Shown here piece after piece: positions 45,067 to 55,146 of a DNA stretch of 64,000 nt. The translations under genes and the position numbers were made by a program. Each line of letters starts with the position of its first letter. The first letter of the stretch is position 1. The DNA lies in the NCBI GenBank assembly GCA_033764315.1, contig JANRJA010000075.1:86402-150401 (forward strand), written 5' to 3'. Origin of the DNA: Oculatellaceae cyanobacterium bins.114. Lineage in GTDB: Bacteria > Cyanobacteriota > Cyanobacteriia > Elainellales > Elainellaceae. The notes beneath the pieces are model-generated. The model was not told where the DNA came from, made no database searches, and saw only the letters and a program-made list of their open reading frames with translations.

Positions 45067-45354
45067 CTAACTCCAGTCTTCTCGTTGAGAGCCACGACCC
45101 TTATAAACTTGAGCTAGTTGGTGAATTTGACGACTTTTCTCAAACAGCGTTTCTTCAGTTAACCCCCATTGGCTCAGCACTTTGTTTAAGTCAGCTTGGA
45201 TATCTCGTGCTCCAGGAAAATCTTGATAGCGAATGTAGAGGCGAGCCAACTCTACTAGATGAAAATCGGTGGGTTGAGCTTCAAGCAATGTGTTCACTAA
45301 CTGGCGATCGTTTCCCCAGAGGGGATGTTGTTGATCTTTGGGAGTGACGGCCAT
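45067..45354 (-). CDS. DUF3288 family protein
   Basis: QQHP...DR, ELARL.IRY..FPGARDIQ, C-terminal EDWS. Confidence 0.85.
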   Translation of the reverse strand: MAVTPKDQQHPLWGNDRQLVNTLLEAQPTDFHLVELARLYIRYQDFPGARDIQADLNKVLSQWGLTEETLFEKSRQIHQLAQVYKGRGSQREDWS

Positions 45355-45464
45355 TTTGGGAAAGGATGAAGGATGAAGGATAAGAGGGAAAAAAGAAAAA
45401 AGAAGAAGGAAAAGGGAAAAAGTGGGAATGGTTCGCGATGGACGAGGGACTAATGCCCATCTTA

Positions 45465-45923
45465 CTAGTCTGCTAATCGCTTGACCATCCATAGGGATTG
45501 CACCTCATAGCCGAATTGACGGTACAAATTGAGGGCAGCTTGATTGGCTTGAAAGACCTGTAGCCCAATCTGGTGATGACCTTTAGTTCTTACCCAGGTT
45601 TCAGCATGGTGCATCAAGGCTTTGCCGATGCCACGACGACGATGGTCAGGGGTGACATAGAGTAAAAAGATATAAGATTGGCGATCGCCGCTCAGTTGGT
45701 CAATGGCACTCCCCATCCACAAACAGGCAACAGGTTGACGCTCGGCGGTCTCAACCCACCAGATCGGTGTCTCTTTTGAAAGATATTGTTCGACGGTTTG
45801 GGCGAGATGGGCGACGGGTTGATCAGGATGAGATTCTCGATAGGTGCGCTGCATAAACTTCAGCAACAAGGGGCGATCGAGTCCTGAGCCTAACCGCAGT
45901 TCGTAGCCAGGTAACAGTTCCAC
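45465..45923 (-). CDS. GNAT N-acetyltransferase
   Basis: LYVTPDHRRRGIGKAL, NQAALNLY..FGY; start uncertain. Confidence 0.88.
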   Translation of the reverse strand: MELLPGYELRLGSGLDRPLLLKFMQRTYRESHPDQPVAHLAQTVEQYLSKETPIWWVETAERQPVACLWMGSAIDQLSGDRQSYIFLLYVTPDHRRRGIGKALMHHAETWVRTKGHHQIGLQVFQANQAALNLYRQFGYEVQSLWMVKRLAD

Positions 45924-45942
45924 AACGATATTGAGGCGACGC

Positions 45943-46173
45943 CTAAAACGCGGTTGTTGAGAGGGGTTCTGGAGGCAAGCCTTCGACAAACAGTTCTAAG
46001 GGAATGGGCAATTTGGCGATCGCCTCTCCAGTGATGGCTTGACCTACTTCTTCAATGGGGGCCGGAGCAGCCATGTCAGCGGGTAAAAAGATGCGGGCAC
46101 TCACTGCAACCAACGCCAATAGAAACACCAAGACGACGAGGAGGGGAGCAATATATTGACGAAAAATAGCCAT
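45943..46173 (-). CDS. small membrane protein
   Basis: FRQYIAPL-TM-ARIFLP.DM.APAP. Confidence 0.7.
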   Translation of the reverse strand: MAIFRQYIAPLLVVLVFLLALVAVSARIFLPADMAAPAPIEEVGQAITGEAIAKLPIPLELFVEGLPPEPLSTTAF

Positions 46174-46226
46174 AATAAGGGAAAAATGAATGAAAGTCTT
46201 AAGAGTTGTAACGTTATCCTTCCATC

Positions 46227-47519
46227 CTACACCTCATCTGAGTTCTGATCTCCATTTAGCGAGACAGGGGCACCGTTCCAGGGAGCAAAAATGGGCAATA
46301 ACACCAGCCCTGGCAAAGCAGCACAAAAGGTGAGAAAAAAGAACCATGCCCATCCGGTAGCTTTGGCAATTTCTCCGGCAGGGGAGGCAATGACCTCACG
46401 GCTCACCGCTACCAGGCTCGACAACAAAGCGTATTGCGTTGCCGAAAAGCGAGGATTGCACAAACTCATTAAAAATCCTAAGAAAGCCGCCGTTCCTAAA
46501 CCCGCACAAAAATTCTCGATATTAATGGCAGTCACCATCAGAGGATAGTTTTTGCCAGCGAGTGCCAGGGCAAAGTAGGACAGGTTGCTCACAGCTTGGA
46601 GTCCGCCAAAAATCCAAAGTGAGCGGTTAATGCCAATCTGGCTCAAGATGGCTCCACCCAGCAGACCCCCTACAATGGTGGCGATCAACCCCATTCCCCC
46701 TCGAATTGCCCCCACTACTTCGATCGGGAAACCAGTCCTGAGCAGGAAGGGAGTGGTCATGGTGATGGCGAGGTAGTCTCCTACTTTGTATAGCAAAATA
46801 AACGCCAAAATCAGGACACCCCGCCAGAGACCCGATCGGGCAAAGAAGTCTTGAAATGGGAGTTTTATCGCTTCTGTGAGGGTTTGAGGGGCTGTGATGA
46901 TGTTGCCCTGGCGATCGCGCGACTCTGGCTCAGGCGACAAAATAGAAGTGAGCAACCCTAATCCCATCAACGCTGCCATGAGCAGATACACCCCTTGCCA
47001 AGACAGTCGATTTGCCCAAATTAAGGCGAGTGCTCCTGTGACGAGCAGGGCAACTCGATAACCCAACACCCAAATGGCGACTCCTGCCCCGACCTCCCGT
47101 TCTTCTAAAACATCGGTTCGATAGGCATCAATCGCGATATCTTGGGTGGCACTGAGAAACGCAATCACGATCGCATTAATGGCCAGCAATTGCAGTGCTT
47201 GTGTCGGTTGATAAAAGGACATAGCCGCGATCGCCACAATCAACGCCAGTTGAGTGAGCAGCATCCAACCCCGACGACGCCCCAAAAACGGAGGGACGTA
47301 GCGATCGAGCAATGGCGACCAGAGGAATTTCACCGTTGACGGTAAATTTGCCAGATTAAACCAGCCAATGGTGCCAATATCTACCCCTGCGACCGTCATC
47401 CAGGCGACAAGGGTTTCACGGGTGAGGTTATAGGGTAAACCGGAGGCAAATCCTAAAGACACCAGAGCCGCCATCTTTTTACTTTGAAAGACGCGCAGAA
47501 AAGATGGAATGGTTTTCAA
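46227..47519 (-). CDS. ampG: AmpG family muropeptide MFS transporter
   Basis: GFASGLP, KFLWSPLLD, GRRRGW, SATQDIAIDAYR, SATQYALLSS. Confidence 0.94.
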   Translation of the reverse strand: MKTIPSFLRVFQSKKMAALVSLGFASGLPYNLTRETLVAWMTVAGVDIGTIGWFNLANLPSTVKFLWSPLLDRYVPPFLGRRRGWMLLTQLALIVAIAAMSFYQPTQALQLLAINAIVIAFLSATQDIAIDAYRTDVLEEREVGAGVAIWVLGYRVALLVTGALALIWANRLSWQGVYLLMAALMGLGLLTSILSPEPESRDRQGNIITAPQTLTEAIKLPFQDFFARSGLWRGVLILAFILLYKVGDYLAITMTTPFLLRTGFPIEVVGAIRGGMGLIATIVGGLLGGAILSQIGINRSLWIFGGLQAVSNLSYFALALAGKNYPLMVTAINIENFCAGLGTAAFLGFLMSLCNPRFSATQYALLSSLVAVSREVIASPAGEIAKATGWAWFFFLTFCAALPGLVLLPIFAPWNGAPVSLNGDQNSDEV

Positions 47520-47679
47520 GGGGATGCGTGCTCCTTTTGTCGGGGATTAAGGGTTAGGGGGCGTTCTGATGAGATTGACCAGAATAGCTCCTCCCACTCT
47601 CTCACTCTCCTCCCCTCTTTTTCTATGTATTTTTAGGGAGGTAACGTGGAACATAAAGGGGTACGATCGCGACTATAGT

Positions 47680-47693
47680 AGTACATTAGTTCT
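47680..47693 (+). promoter_or_regulatory. cyanobacterial LexA box
   Basis: AGTACATTAGTTCT fits RGTAC-NNN-DGTWCB, ending 15 nt upstream of the lexA start. Confidence 0.8.
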
Positions 47694-47708
47694 TATAAAT
47701 CGTCCCTT

Positions 47709-48338
47709 ATGAAATCCCTCACCTTTGCTCAACAGCGGCTCTTTGATTGGATAGAAGATTACATTTCTCGCTGTCATCATTCCCCCAGTATGCGACAGAT
47801 GGCCGCCGCGTTAAATTACAAATCGCTGTCCCCCATTCAACTGCACCTCAAACAACTGCGTCAAAAAGGCTATATCGATTGGGACGAGGGGCAATCCCGG
47901 AGCTATCGGGTTTTAAGTCCCAAACAGTTTAGAGTACCAATTTTAGGGGCGATCGCCGCTCACAGCCTGGTCGAGACGTTTTCAGATACCGATGTTGAGT
48001 GGATTGAGGTGCCTGGTTTGTCAGAAATTCTCAAACAAACTAATCGTCGCAACGACTATTTTGCCTTGCGCGTTCGAGGCGACAGTATGATCGGTGCGCT
48101 CATTGACCACGGTGATGTGGTGGTTATGCAACCCCCTCAAGATGCTCGAACGATTAGAGACAAAACTATTGTGGCGGCACGAGTTGAGGGCAAAACTACG
48201 TTAAAGCACTTTTATCGAGACGGTGGCACGATTCTGTTGCAACCCGCTAACCCTGCCTATCCTGTGACGCATGTCGATGCCAGTGAAGTAGACATTCAAG
48301 GGATTTATGTGGGCTTGGTGAGGGGACTGATCAGTTGA
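47709..48338 (+). CDS. lexA: LexA repressor
   Basis: Winged-helix N-terminus, LRVRGDSM and TLKHF peptidase S24 motifs. Confidence 0.93.
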   Translation: MKSLTFAQQRLFDWIEDYISRCHHSPSMRQMAAALNYKSLSPIQLHLKQLRQKGYIDWDEGQSRSYRVLSPKQFRVPILGAIAAHSLVETFSDTDVEWIEVPGLSEILKQTNRRNDYFALRVRGDSMIGALIDHGDVVVMQPPQDARTIRDKTIVAARVEGKTTLKHFYRDGGTILLQPANPAYPVTHVDASEVDIQGIYVGLVRGLIS

Positions 48339-48428
48339 GGCACTACCCTTAATAAAAGCCTTTTCTGAGTTTAAACCTAAGTTTTTACACGGTCTCCGTA
48401 GATTCAAACACCTGTTGTGAGGAGCGGT

Positions 48429-48700
48429 ATGGTAAAGATCGCAAAGTTGGGGTGAGTGGCAGCGATCGCTCTTATGGTGGTGCTACTTCAAGGAACGGTA
48501 ACTAAAACAATGTCAACGTTGTCAGGTGAGCCGCCGATCGTAATTGGACATTTGGGTGTCAGTGGTTACTTGCCGGAACACACGCTGGAATCTGATCAAT
48601 GGGCGATCGCACAGGGGGCAGACTTTAATTGAGCCTGATTTGGTTTCAACTCAAGATGGGGTTTTCATTGCTCGACATGAACCCAACAGGATTGCCACAA
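48429..48700 (+). pseudogene. glycerophosphodiester phosphodiesterase remnant
   Basis: [23 protein letters not shown]...AQGADF / [20 protein letters not shown] split by a frameshift near 48626; in-frame TGA in the signal-like segment; truncated. Confidence 0.85.
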
Positions 48701-48919
48701 CACATGATTCCCACAACCAATGTAAAGGGTGCAGAGGCACCGCCCCCACACCCCTCAAACCTGGATTGACACAGCACTAGTGTGTTATCTGCAAAAACAA
48801 GAACGCTTAAAGCTGAACCACCCAAAAGGGCAGAATGCTGAGAATCGGCTACAGGCTAAAAACAAGGCTAAAGGCTATACATCACCCTTGTTCTTATGTT
48901 TCTTCATCCTCTAGCCCGA

Positions 48920-49228
48920 CTACAACTCTCGTTGATACTCCTCTAGCACATCCATCAAGTGAACTTGAGATTGCATGGGCAGCAAATCCGCCAGAGGAAT
49001 GTCACGCTTGCCGCCTCCCACCTTGACGGGAATGCCTTGCAACACTTCAGCTACCTTGCTTTCTTGCAATTGACCCTCTAGCAGGAAGGGTAAAAATCGC
49101 TCGGCTAAAACAGTATGAAGATGAGCATCTCTCAGATAGAGATGCCACTTGGCAATGTCAATGTAAACGTTTTCACCGATCGCGGCTGCTAATTTTTCAA
49201 TGCTTTCTGTAGTACTGGAAGATGCCAT
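48920..49228 (-). CDS. DUF3181 family protein
   Basis: IGENVYIDIAKWHLYL.DA and VKVGGG...PL.DLLP. Confidence 0.85.
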   Translation of the reverse strand: MASSSTTESIEKLAAAIGENVYIDIAKWHLYLRDAHLHTVLAERFLPFLLEGQLQESKVAEVLQGIPVKVGGGKRDIPLADLLPMQSQVHLMDVLEEYQREL

Positions 49229-49315
49229 AGTCCGTTTACTTTGTTAAACAACAATTAATCAAACGGGTCATCACGAGCATATTACAAAGCTGAAGTGACA
49301 GCCTTGATGCGTTTA

Positions 49316-49585
49316 TCAGGATTTGGTTGAGTTGGAGGGAGTTGTGGAACCAGAATAGTCGGCGATCGCAAAAATATACACCCCATGCGCTAACAGGGCG
49401 ATCGCCCAAACGCCTGTGACCCACGTTGCCCAACTCCAACCATAGAGTTGCAGGGTTTTAACAAACCACAACCCAGAATTACTAGCTGCAAAAATTGCCA
49501 CATGGGTTGCAAAGGTCATCCGATCGTCAAGACGACGAAAATCGGGGTCTTTGCGATCGGGCTTACGAGACCATCTTGGAGGCAT
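49316..49585 (-). CDS. 2TM domain protein
   Basis: MPPRW.RKPDR.DP.FRRLDDRM.FA.HVA.F, two hydrophobic segments. Confidence 0.8.
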   Translation of the reverse strand: MPPRWSRKPDRKDPDFRRLDDRMTFATHVAIFAASNSGLWFVKTLQLYGWSWATWVTGVWAIALLAHGVYIFAIADYSGSTTPSNSTKS

Positions 49586-49949
49586 AACACAACCTGAGAA
49601 ACACCACATTCATACACATCAACAGAGAAGCTCTGTCTTTTTATTGTAGAACTGCCCTCAGTTCTTAAGACGGCTTAGGATTGGGTATCTTGGAAAAACC
49701 AAACAAAGGGAATAATTTTCATAGAGTCCATTGCCAGATCATCTTATAGGTATTTGGTAGAGCGATTGGATTTCCCTCTATCAAAAATTTGTGTTGTAAG
49801 ATTGGCAACTAAGTGGACTCAAAGGTGCCTAATTTTAAACGGGCATCTTTCATCGCGGCACATCTCAGAAGCCTTTAAAGCTGTTCTTTGCTAACTTCAC
49901 CTCACTTCACCCTGACACCCATACCCAAATATCGTCCCGGAAGGTACAT

Positions 49950-51014
49950 ATGGTTCAAGTCTTAGAAATCTTGCAAGACACCGTGTTTAAACGCCGTCCT
50001 CTTCAATCCACTGCACTCAGCCAAGAGGAATTAGTCACCATCCCCAAAGGCAAAAAGCTGGAGTTGCAATCCTATGCTTATGCGGATGCTAATGGAGACG
50101 ACTTTGACGACCACATTAAGTTTGCGATCAAAAATGCAAGCGATTACATCAATGGATTGACGACCTGGTTTGTCTATGAACTGCATGCCCAGGTGTTGCA
50201 AGATGGCACGGTTGTCTATCCCCATGAGGAAACAGAATCTGCTCAAAAACTGAAAATCTTAAAAGATACTGTCTTTAAGCGTCGCCCTGTTGCTACCACG
50301 GCTTTAGCTGCCAATGAGACGGCTCCTGTGAAAGCAGGGACTATTTTTGATCTGCAATCCTATGCTTATGCTGATGCCAACGGGCAAGAGTTCGACGATC
50401 ACATCAAATTTGCGATCGGTGATCCAAAGCAATACATCAATGGCATTACCACCTGGTTTGTCTTTGAAAAAGATATTCAGGTGTTGCTTGACGGTGAGGT
50501 GGTTTATCCTGACGAGACACCATCTGCCGTGCCACAGACCTTGCCTTCTAAATCTTCTACTCCCACACCGACCCCCGCTCCAGGTGGCAAAAGTGTGACG
50601 ATTCCTGGTATCAGTCAGCCGGTCTTTTTAAATCAACCCATCATTGTGGGGGGCAGCTTTACCTGGGCAGAAGCGACCAAAAATGGCACTCGCCTGCCTA
50701 AGTCGCAAAAGATTACAGACAACATTGTTGCTCTGGCAAAAGCAGCTGAAGTAGCCCGACAAAAAATTGGTAGACCCTTCCAAATCACCTCATGGTATCG
50801 TCCGCCTGAAGTCAACAGTAAGACGCCAGGAGCCGCTCAAAATAGCCAGCACACGTATGGAAAGGCGATGGACTTTAAAGTGTCAGGCATGACCCCCAGA
50901 GAAGTGCAAAAGATATTGAGTGGCTGGGTGGGTGGTTTGGGAACTTATCCCAGAGGTAAGGGTGGGTGGAACCACATTGATATTGGACCACCCGGACGCC
51001 GTTGGGTGGGTTAG
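49950..51014 (+). CDS. peptidase M15A (D-Ala-D-Ala carboxypeptidase-like) with two N-terminal ~90 aa repeats
   Basis: ITSWYRP..VN, SQH..GKAMD, HIDI; duplicated L..DTVFKRRP...DHIKFA...TTWFV domain. Confidence 0.85.
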   Translation: MVQVLEILQDTVFKRRPLQSTALSQEELVTIPKGKKLELQSYAYADANGDDFDDHIKFAIKNASDYINGLTTWFVYELHAQVLQDGTVVYPHEETESAQKLKILKDTVFKRRPVATTALAANETAPVKAGTIFDLQSYAYADANGQEFDDHIKFAIGDPKQYINGITTWFVFEKDIQVLLDGEVVYPDETPSAVPQTLPSKSSTPTPTPAPGGKSVTIPGISQPVFLNQPIIVGGSFTWAEATKNGTRLPKSQKITDNIVALAKAAEVARQKIGRPFQITSWYRPPEVNSKTPGAAQNSQHTYGKAMDFKVSGMTPREVQKILSGWVGGLGTYPRGKGGWNHIDIGPPGRRWVG

Positions 51015-51061
51015 GTCTTTACCCTTCTGTAGAAACGTGATGAATCGCGTTTCTACAGGCC

Positions 51062-51604
51062 TCATTCTTTGACGTGATAGTCTCCTGTCTTGCCGCCTGT
51101 TTTGCTGACCAGATGAATGTCTTCAATCTGGATGGACTTCTCTAGGGCTTTTGCCATGTCGTATAGGGTCAGAGCGGCGATCGCCACTGCGGTTAATGCC
51201 TCCATCTCAACCCCTGTCTCGGCTTTGGTTTTGACCTCTGCGCGAATCTGATAACCGGGTAGCTGGGGGTCAGGGTCAATGTGGACTTCGATTTTTTGCA
51301 AGGGTAGTGGGTGACACAGGGGAATTAGTTGTGAGGTTTGTTTGGCTGCCACGATGCCTGCTAATCGGGCAGTGGCTAACACATCGCCTTTGGGGGCGTT
51401 GCCTGCCTGAATTTTGGCAAAGGTTTCGGGCAACATGCGAACTCGACCTGCGGCAACGGCATAGCGCACCGTGGGCACTTTGGGCGATACATCCACCATG
51501 TTTGCCTCGCCTGTGACATTGAGGTGAGTTAGAGTATTTTCGACCGATTCACTTTCACTCGACTCGACTGAACTGGAAGGTGAGTTAAAAGAATTTTGTG
51601 TCAT
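51062..51604 (-). CDS. moaC: cyclic pyranopterin monophosphate synthase
   Basis: LTHL...[35 protein letters not shown]. Confidence 0.97.
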   Translation of the reverse strand: MTQNSFNSPSSSVESSESESVENTLTHLNVTGEANMVDVSPKVPTVRYAVAAGRVRMLPETFAKIQAGNAPKGDVLATARLAGIVAAKQTSQLIPLCHPLPLQKIEVHIDPDPQLPGYQIRAEVKTKAETGVEMEALTAVAIAALTLYDMAKALEKSIQIEDIHLVSKTGGKTGDYHVKE

Positions 51605-51638
51605 GCGCTGAGGTATGCTAGGATGGAAATCTTGTCGG

Positions 51639-51712
51639 GGGCTTGTAGCTCAGTGGACTAGAGCACGTGGCTACGGACCACGGTGTCGGGGGTTCGAATC
51701 CCTCCTAGCCCG
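51639..51712 (+). tRNA. tRNA-Arg (ACG)
   Basis: GGGCTTG/CTAGCCC acceptor stem, CGTGG-CTACGGA-CCACG anticodon arm, GGTTCGAATCC T-arm; CCA not encoded. Confidence 0.97.
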
Positions 51713-51717
51713 TTCAA

Positions 51718-51750
51718 GAAAGGGACGCAATATTGCGTCCCTTTTACTTT
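51718..51750 (+). terminator. bidirectional terminator hairpin after the tRNA
   Basis: AAAGGGACGCAATATTGCGTCCCTTTT. Confidence 0.75.
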
Positions 51751-51788
51751 AAGAGGTTAACTCTCGATCGAAGGGTTTATGACTAGAG

Positions 51789-53069
51789 TTAGGCGTTGAA
51801 GCGCAGTTTTTCGACGGCATAGACATCGTGACCTCGCCCTAACGCAAACCGCAGAGAATGAGCCAAATCTTTGCTCGACAGCGTGATAAACACTAACAAC
51901 CCAATAAAGGCAAGTCCGGCACAGAGTCCAAAGGTGGTTCTGTAATTAGTTTGAACGGCGATCGCCCCAAAAATTGGCCCTGCGATCGCAATTCCCAGAT
52001 CAAACCCTGCCATACACAGACTAAAGTTGCGACCCCGTTCGTTGGGGTGTGATCGATCTGCCATCAGAGCCGCCATCATCGGAATCAAGATGCCTGCGCC
52101 TGCTCCTTCAAACATGGCTGCTAACAAAAACAGTGGAGCACTGGTTGCTAGCCATAGCAAGGTCATGGCAAAGGTATAGAGGATCAGACTCAAGGTGATA
52201 AAGGGGCCGCGACCTCGTTGGTCAGAGGCACGCCCAACTAACAACCGAATGCCAAAACTGGCGATCGCGGCTGCGGTATAAAACAAGCCTACATTAAGCG
52301 TCACGCCTGCCTCATGGACAAACAGCGGCACAAAAGTGCTGAGGGTGCCAAATGCTAAGCCAATTAAGAGCAGCACAATTGCTGGAATGCGAATGGGGGA
52401 GGTGCTCAACAAGCTCCAAAATTGGGGTCGAGGTCGGGCGATCGCTCCGTCGGGTGAACTGCTTTGCAGCGTAGTTACAGTTGAGTGATTGGGCGATCGC
52501 GCCTCTTGAACTCGCAGGGTACAGCCCAAACCCACGAACCCCAAGGCAGCTGCGGCAACAAAGGCTGGGGTATAACCCGCCCACTCGTGCAAAAAACCAC
52601 CTATGGCAGGACCCAGTGCCATCCCCACTGGATTTACCAAACTCATATAGCCAATCAATTCGCCGCGTTGATGGGGGGGTGATAAATCTACCACCAAGGC
52701 ACTATACGCCAGAGCAAAGGCGGCAATGCTCAACCCATGAAAGGCGCGGATTACAATCAAAAGAGGCACAGATTGGGTAAGCAAATAGCACAGAGGGGCG
52801 ATCGCCACTACTGCCATGCCAATCACCATCACCAGTTTGCGTCCTCGATGGTCTGCTAGATAGGCTAACCACGACCGTGATGACAATAACCCGATGGCAA
52901 ACGACCCCATCACAACGCCAATGGTGATGCTGTCTACCCCGATGTCTTCGACGTAGAGGGGCAATATCGGCAACATAGCCGCGAGAGCCGACCAAAACAA
53001 TAGCCCTGCACTAAACAGCACCCATAAATTGAGCCGCACCTGTGGGCTGAGAGTCGCAAAAATTTTCAA
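51789..53069 (-). CDS. MFS transporter
   Basis: About 12 hydrophobic segments; LADHRGRK and ASDQRGR MFS loop motifs; start uncertain. Confidence 0.92.
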   Translation of the reverse strand: MKIFATLSPQVRLNLWVLFSAGLLFWSALAAMLPILPLYVEDIGVDSITIGVVMGSFAIGLLSSRSWLAYLADHRGRKLVMVIGMAVVAIAPLCYLLTQSVPLLIVIRAFHGLSIAAFALAYSALVVDLSPPHQRGELIGYMSLVNPVGMALGPAIGGFLHEWAGYTPAFVAAAALGFVGLGCTLRVQEARSPNHSTVTTLQSSSPDGAIARPRPQFWSLLSTSPIRIPAIVLLLIGLAFGTLSTFVPLFVHEAGVTLNVGLFYTAAAIASFGIRLLVGRASDQRGRGPFITLSLILYTFAMTLLWLATSAPLFLLAAMFEGAGAGILIPMMAALMADRSHPNERGRNFSLCMAGFDLGIAIAGPIFGAIAVQTNYRTTFGLCAGLAFIGLLVFITLSSKDLAHSLRFALGRGHDVYAVEKLRFNA

Positions 53070-53292
53070 CGCTCTACCTTGCCTGAATTCAAAGATTTGT
53101 AGTTGATAGGCTGATGGACTGGGGCAATCCCATGCATCACAAACATAGCCTTCCCTCAGCACCAGCAATTCCTCTTATGCTTTGCACAATGACGTATTAA
53201 GCAGCCATTTGACTACCTTCGATAGGGTGACTGAGATCTAGAGTTTGGGTAATCCTTCTAAACTAGATTTCTCCGCTTTACTCTTTACGAAT

Positions 53293-54225
53293 TTATTCTT
53301 TACGGATCCAGATGCTGCCTCCTGGGTTTTTGAGACACAGCGGCATATTGGTTTGAAAAAATGACGCATGAAACTGCTGCATGAAGGTATTCATCAACAC
53401 GACTTGAAAAGAATTGTTGTATTGCAAAAATGCCCGTAGCATATACGCTTCATTCCAGGCTCTACCCTCATAAATCCAAGCTTTGGGATATTCAAAGGGA
53501 AAAAAGATGTCATGAAAATGGACATAAACCCCTGAAGCAAGCTTGGGCAAAATCTCAAAAAAGATGCGATTGACATCACTATTAATCTTGCTGACATGGG
53601 TGGAGTCAATAAAGAGAATATCGTTTGCCTCTAGTGACTCAAATGCGCCGAGAGGGACATCTTGTAACCGCAATGGAATGATCGTGACGTTGCTGCGATC
53701 GCTCCCCTCAATCAGTGAAGTCAGCAACTTGGGGCGAGGTTCGATGAAGGTTGTCAAAATGGAGCCATCAAAGAAGCGATCGTTCGTATCAAGCATTAGA
53801 CAAGATGAAAAGCCTGAGCCTACTTCAACAATTCGTTTGGGTTTGAGAAATCGGAGCATGCAATACAACAAGATCGCATCTGAGTAGGAATAAGCCAGGT
53901 TCTCAAAGTAATAGCGTAAGCCTGCAACTTGATCGGCCTGAAACGGCATTTCTTGGTAGTAAGGGACGAATTGCTCCAACAAATGAAGTTGTTTTGATTC
54001 ATGCAATTCAAGACCAGGAATGGTTTTGGCAGGAGATGCAAAGATCTGAGCTTCATCCTGCCGTATTTCCCTGAGAGAAGGAATTGGGGAATAGAAGTGT
54101 CCCGGTGGAACAAAGCCCTGTTTGCGTTTGAGTCTCTTGAGTTCGGTCTGTAACTTGTCTCGTTCAACAATAATGTCTTGAACGATGGGTAGTTTCTGAA
54201 ATGCAGACTTAAGGGAAGCAAACAT
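53293..54225 (-). CDS. class I SAM-dependent methyltransferase (Methyltransf_24-like)
   Basis: RIVEVGSGFSS, LFIDSTHV, HFHDIFFPFEYP, WNEAY. Confidence 0.85.
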   Translation of the reverse strand: MFASLKSAFQKLPIVQDIIVERDKLQTELKRLKRKQGFVPPGHFYSPIPSLREIRQDEAQIFASPAKTIPGLELHESKQLHLLEQFVPYYQEMPFQADQVAGLRYYFENLAYSYSDAILLYCMLRFLKPKRIVEVGSGFSSCLMLDTNDRFFDGSILTTFIEPRPKLLTSLIEGSDRSNVTIIPLRLQDVPLGAFESLEANDILFIDSTHVSKINSDVNRIFFEILPKLASGVYVHFHDIFFPFEYPKAWIYEGRAWNEAYMLRAFLQYNNSFQVVLMNTFMQQFHASFFQTNMPLCLKNPGGSIWIRKE

Positions 54226-54376
54226 GGACAGACTAACGTAATGAGGCACTCAAAGTCGTCATGAGTATACTCATTTCTGCAATCTCTGTATAGCAGAGTT
54301 CAATTTTGATATTTTGCGAAGAAGTCTAAAATTTTGCGGTAGAACAGAGGCAACCCTGTATCTGAGTTGCCCCCCT

Positions 54377-54929
54377 GTGGATACTGAAACGAAGAAGGAT
54401 TTTTTTGTCAGCTACAATCGCCACGACAAAACGTGGGCGGAGTGGGTCGCCTGGATTTTGGAGGAGGCAGGCTATACCGTTGTGATTCAGGCGTGGGATT
54501 TTCGTCCGGGAGGTAATTTTGTTCTGGATATGCAACGAGCCGCATCAAGCAGTTAACCTGAGTAATCTAGCCACACTTCATCGCTCACAAGAACGCTACA
54601 CCGAGGCAAAACCTCTCCTCCTACGCTCCGTCAGCATTCTGCAAAAGCAGTTGGGGGTTAATAAATCTAGAACCGCAAAGATTGTGAGTAATCTAGCCCT
54701 GCTTTATGATTTGCAGGGACATTACCGGGAGGCAGAATCCCTTTATCTGCAAACTCTCCCCGTCTTGTCTAACCAGCCAGAGGAAAGCCATTCCTGGAGA
54801 CAGGAAGCGTTACAACGGTTTCGATCGCTCCTGCAAAACGCTACTCAAGAGCAGCGTACCAATGAACTCTCGAATGACCCGATGACGCAAGAGATGTTAA
54901 AACAGCTTCAAGCTACAACCGAAGATTAA
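54377..54929 (+). pseudogene. deleted TIR...TPR gene remnant
   Basis: Half TIR domain (DFFVSYNRHDKTWAEWVAW.LEEAGY...QAWDFRPGGNFV.DMQ) joined out of frame near 54550 to kinesin-light-chain-like TPRs (NLALLY..QG.Y.EAE.LY). Confidence 0.8.
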
Positions 54930-54955
54930 TTTTTGAGTTGATCTAAGCGAAGTTC

Positions 54956-55080
54956 ACCTGGAGATTAATCTCCAGGCTCATAGGGAAAGTCCATTGAAAT
55001 GGACTCGGAGTTTTTTAAAGGCTGTGCATAACTCGTTTTAATGAATTTTCCACCTTTAGCCCGGAAATTTATTTCCGGGT
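54956..55080. repeat. REPIN-like inverted doublet of hairpins upstream of tnpA
   Basis: CCTGGAGATTAATCTCCAGG, AGTCCATTGAAATGGACT and CCCGGAAATTTATTTCCGGG palindromes; left and right arms are degenerate inverted copies. Confidence 0.75.
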
Positions 55081-55146
55081 ATTGAGATAGGGATAATTCA
55101 ATATGGGCATTTTGGAAATAACCATTGCTATAGGGTGCCGGAGATA

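Noticed and set aside
45355..45430. Purine-rich AAGGATG-type tandem, and similar tracts at about 24095 and 57995
   Set aside because: Degenerate short tandem heptamer repeats common in filamentous cyanobacteria; the N-terminal ORF extension through it is spurious
48370..48392. Possible Pho box upstream of the GDPD remnant
   Set aside because: Only one reasonable match to the CTTAACCT-type unit; the required 11 bp-period repeats are not convincing
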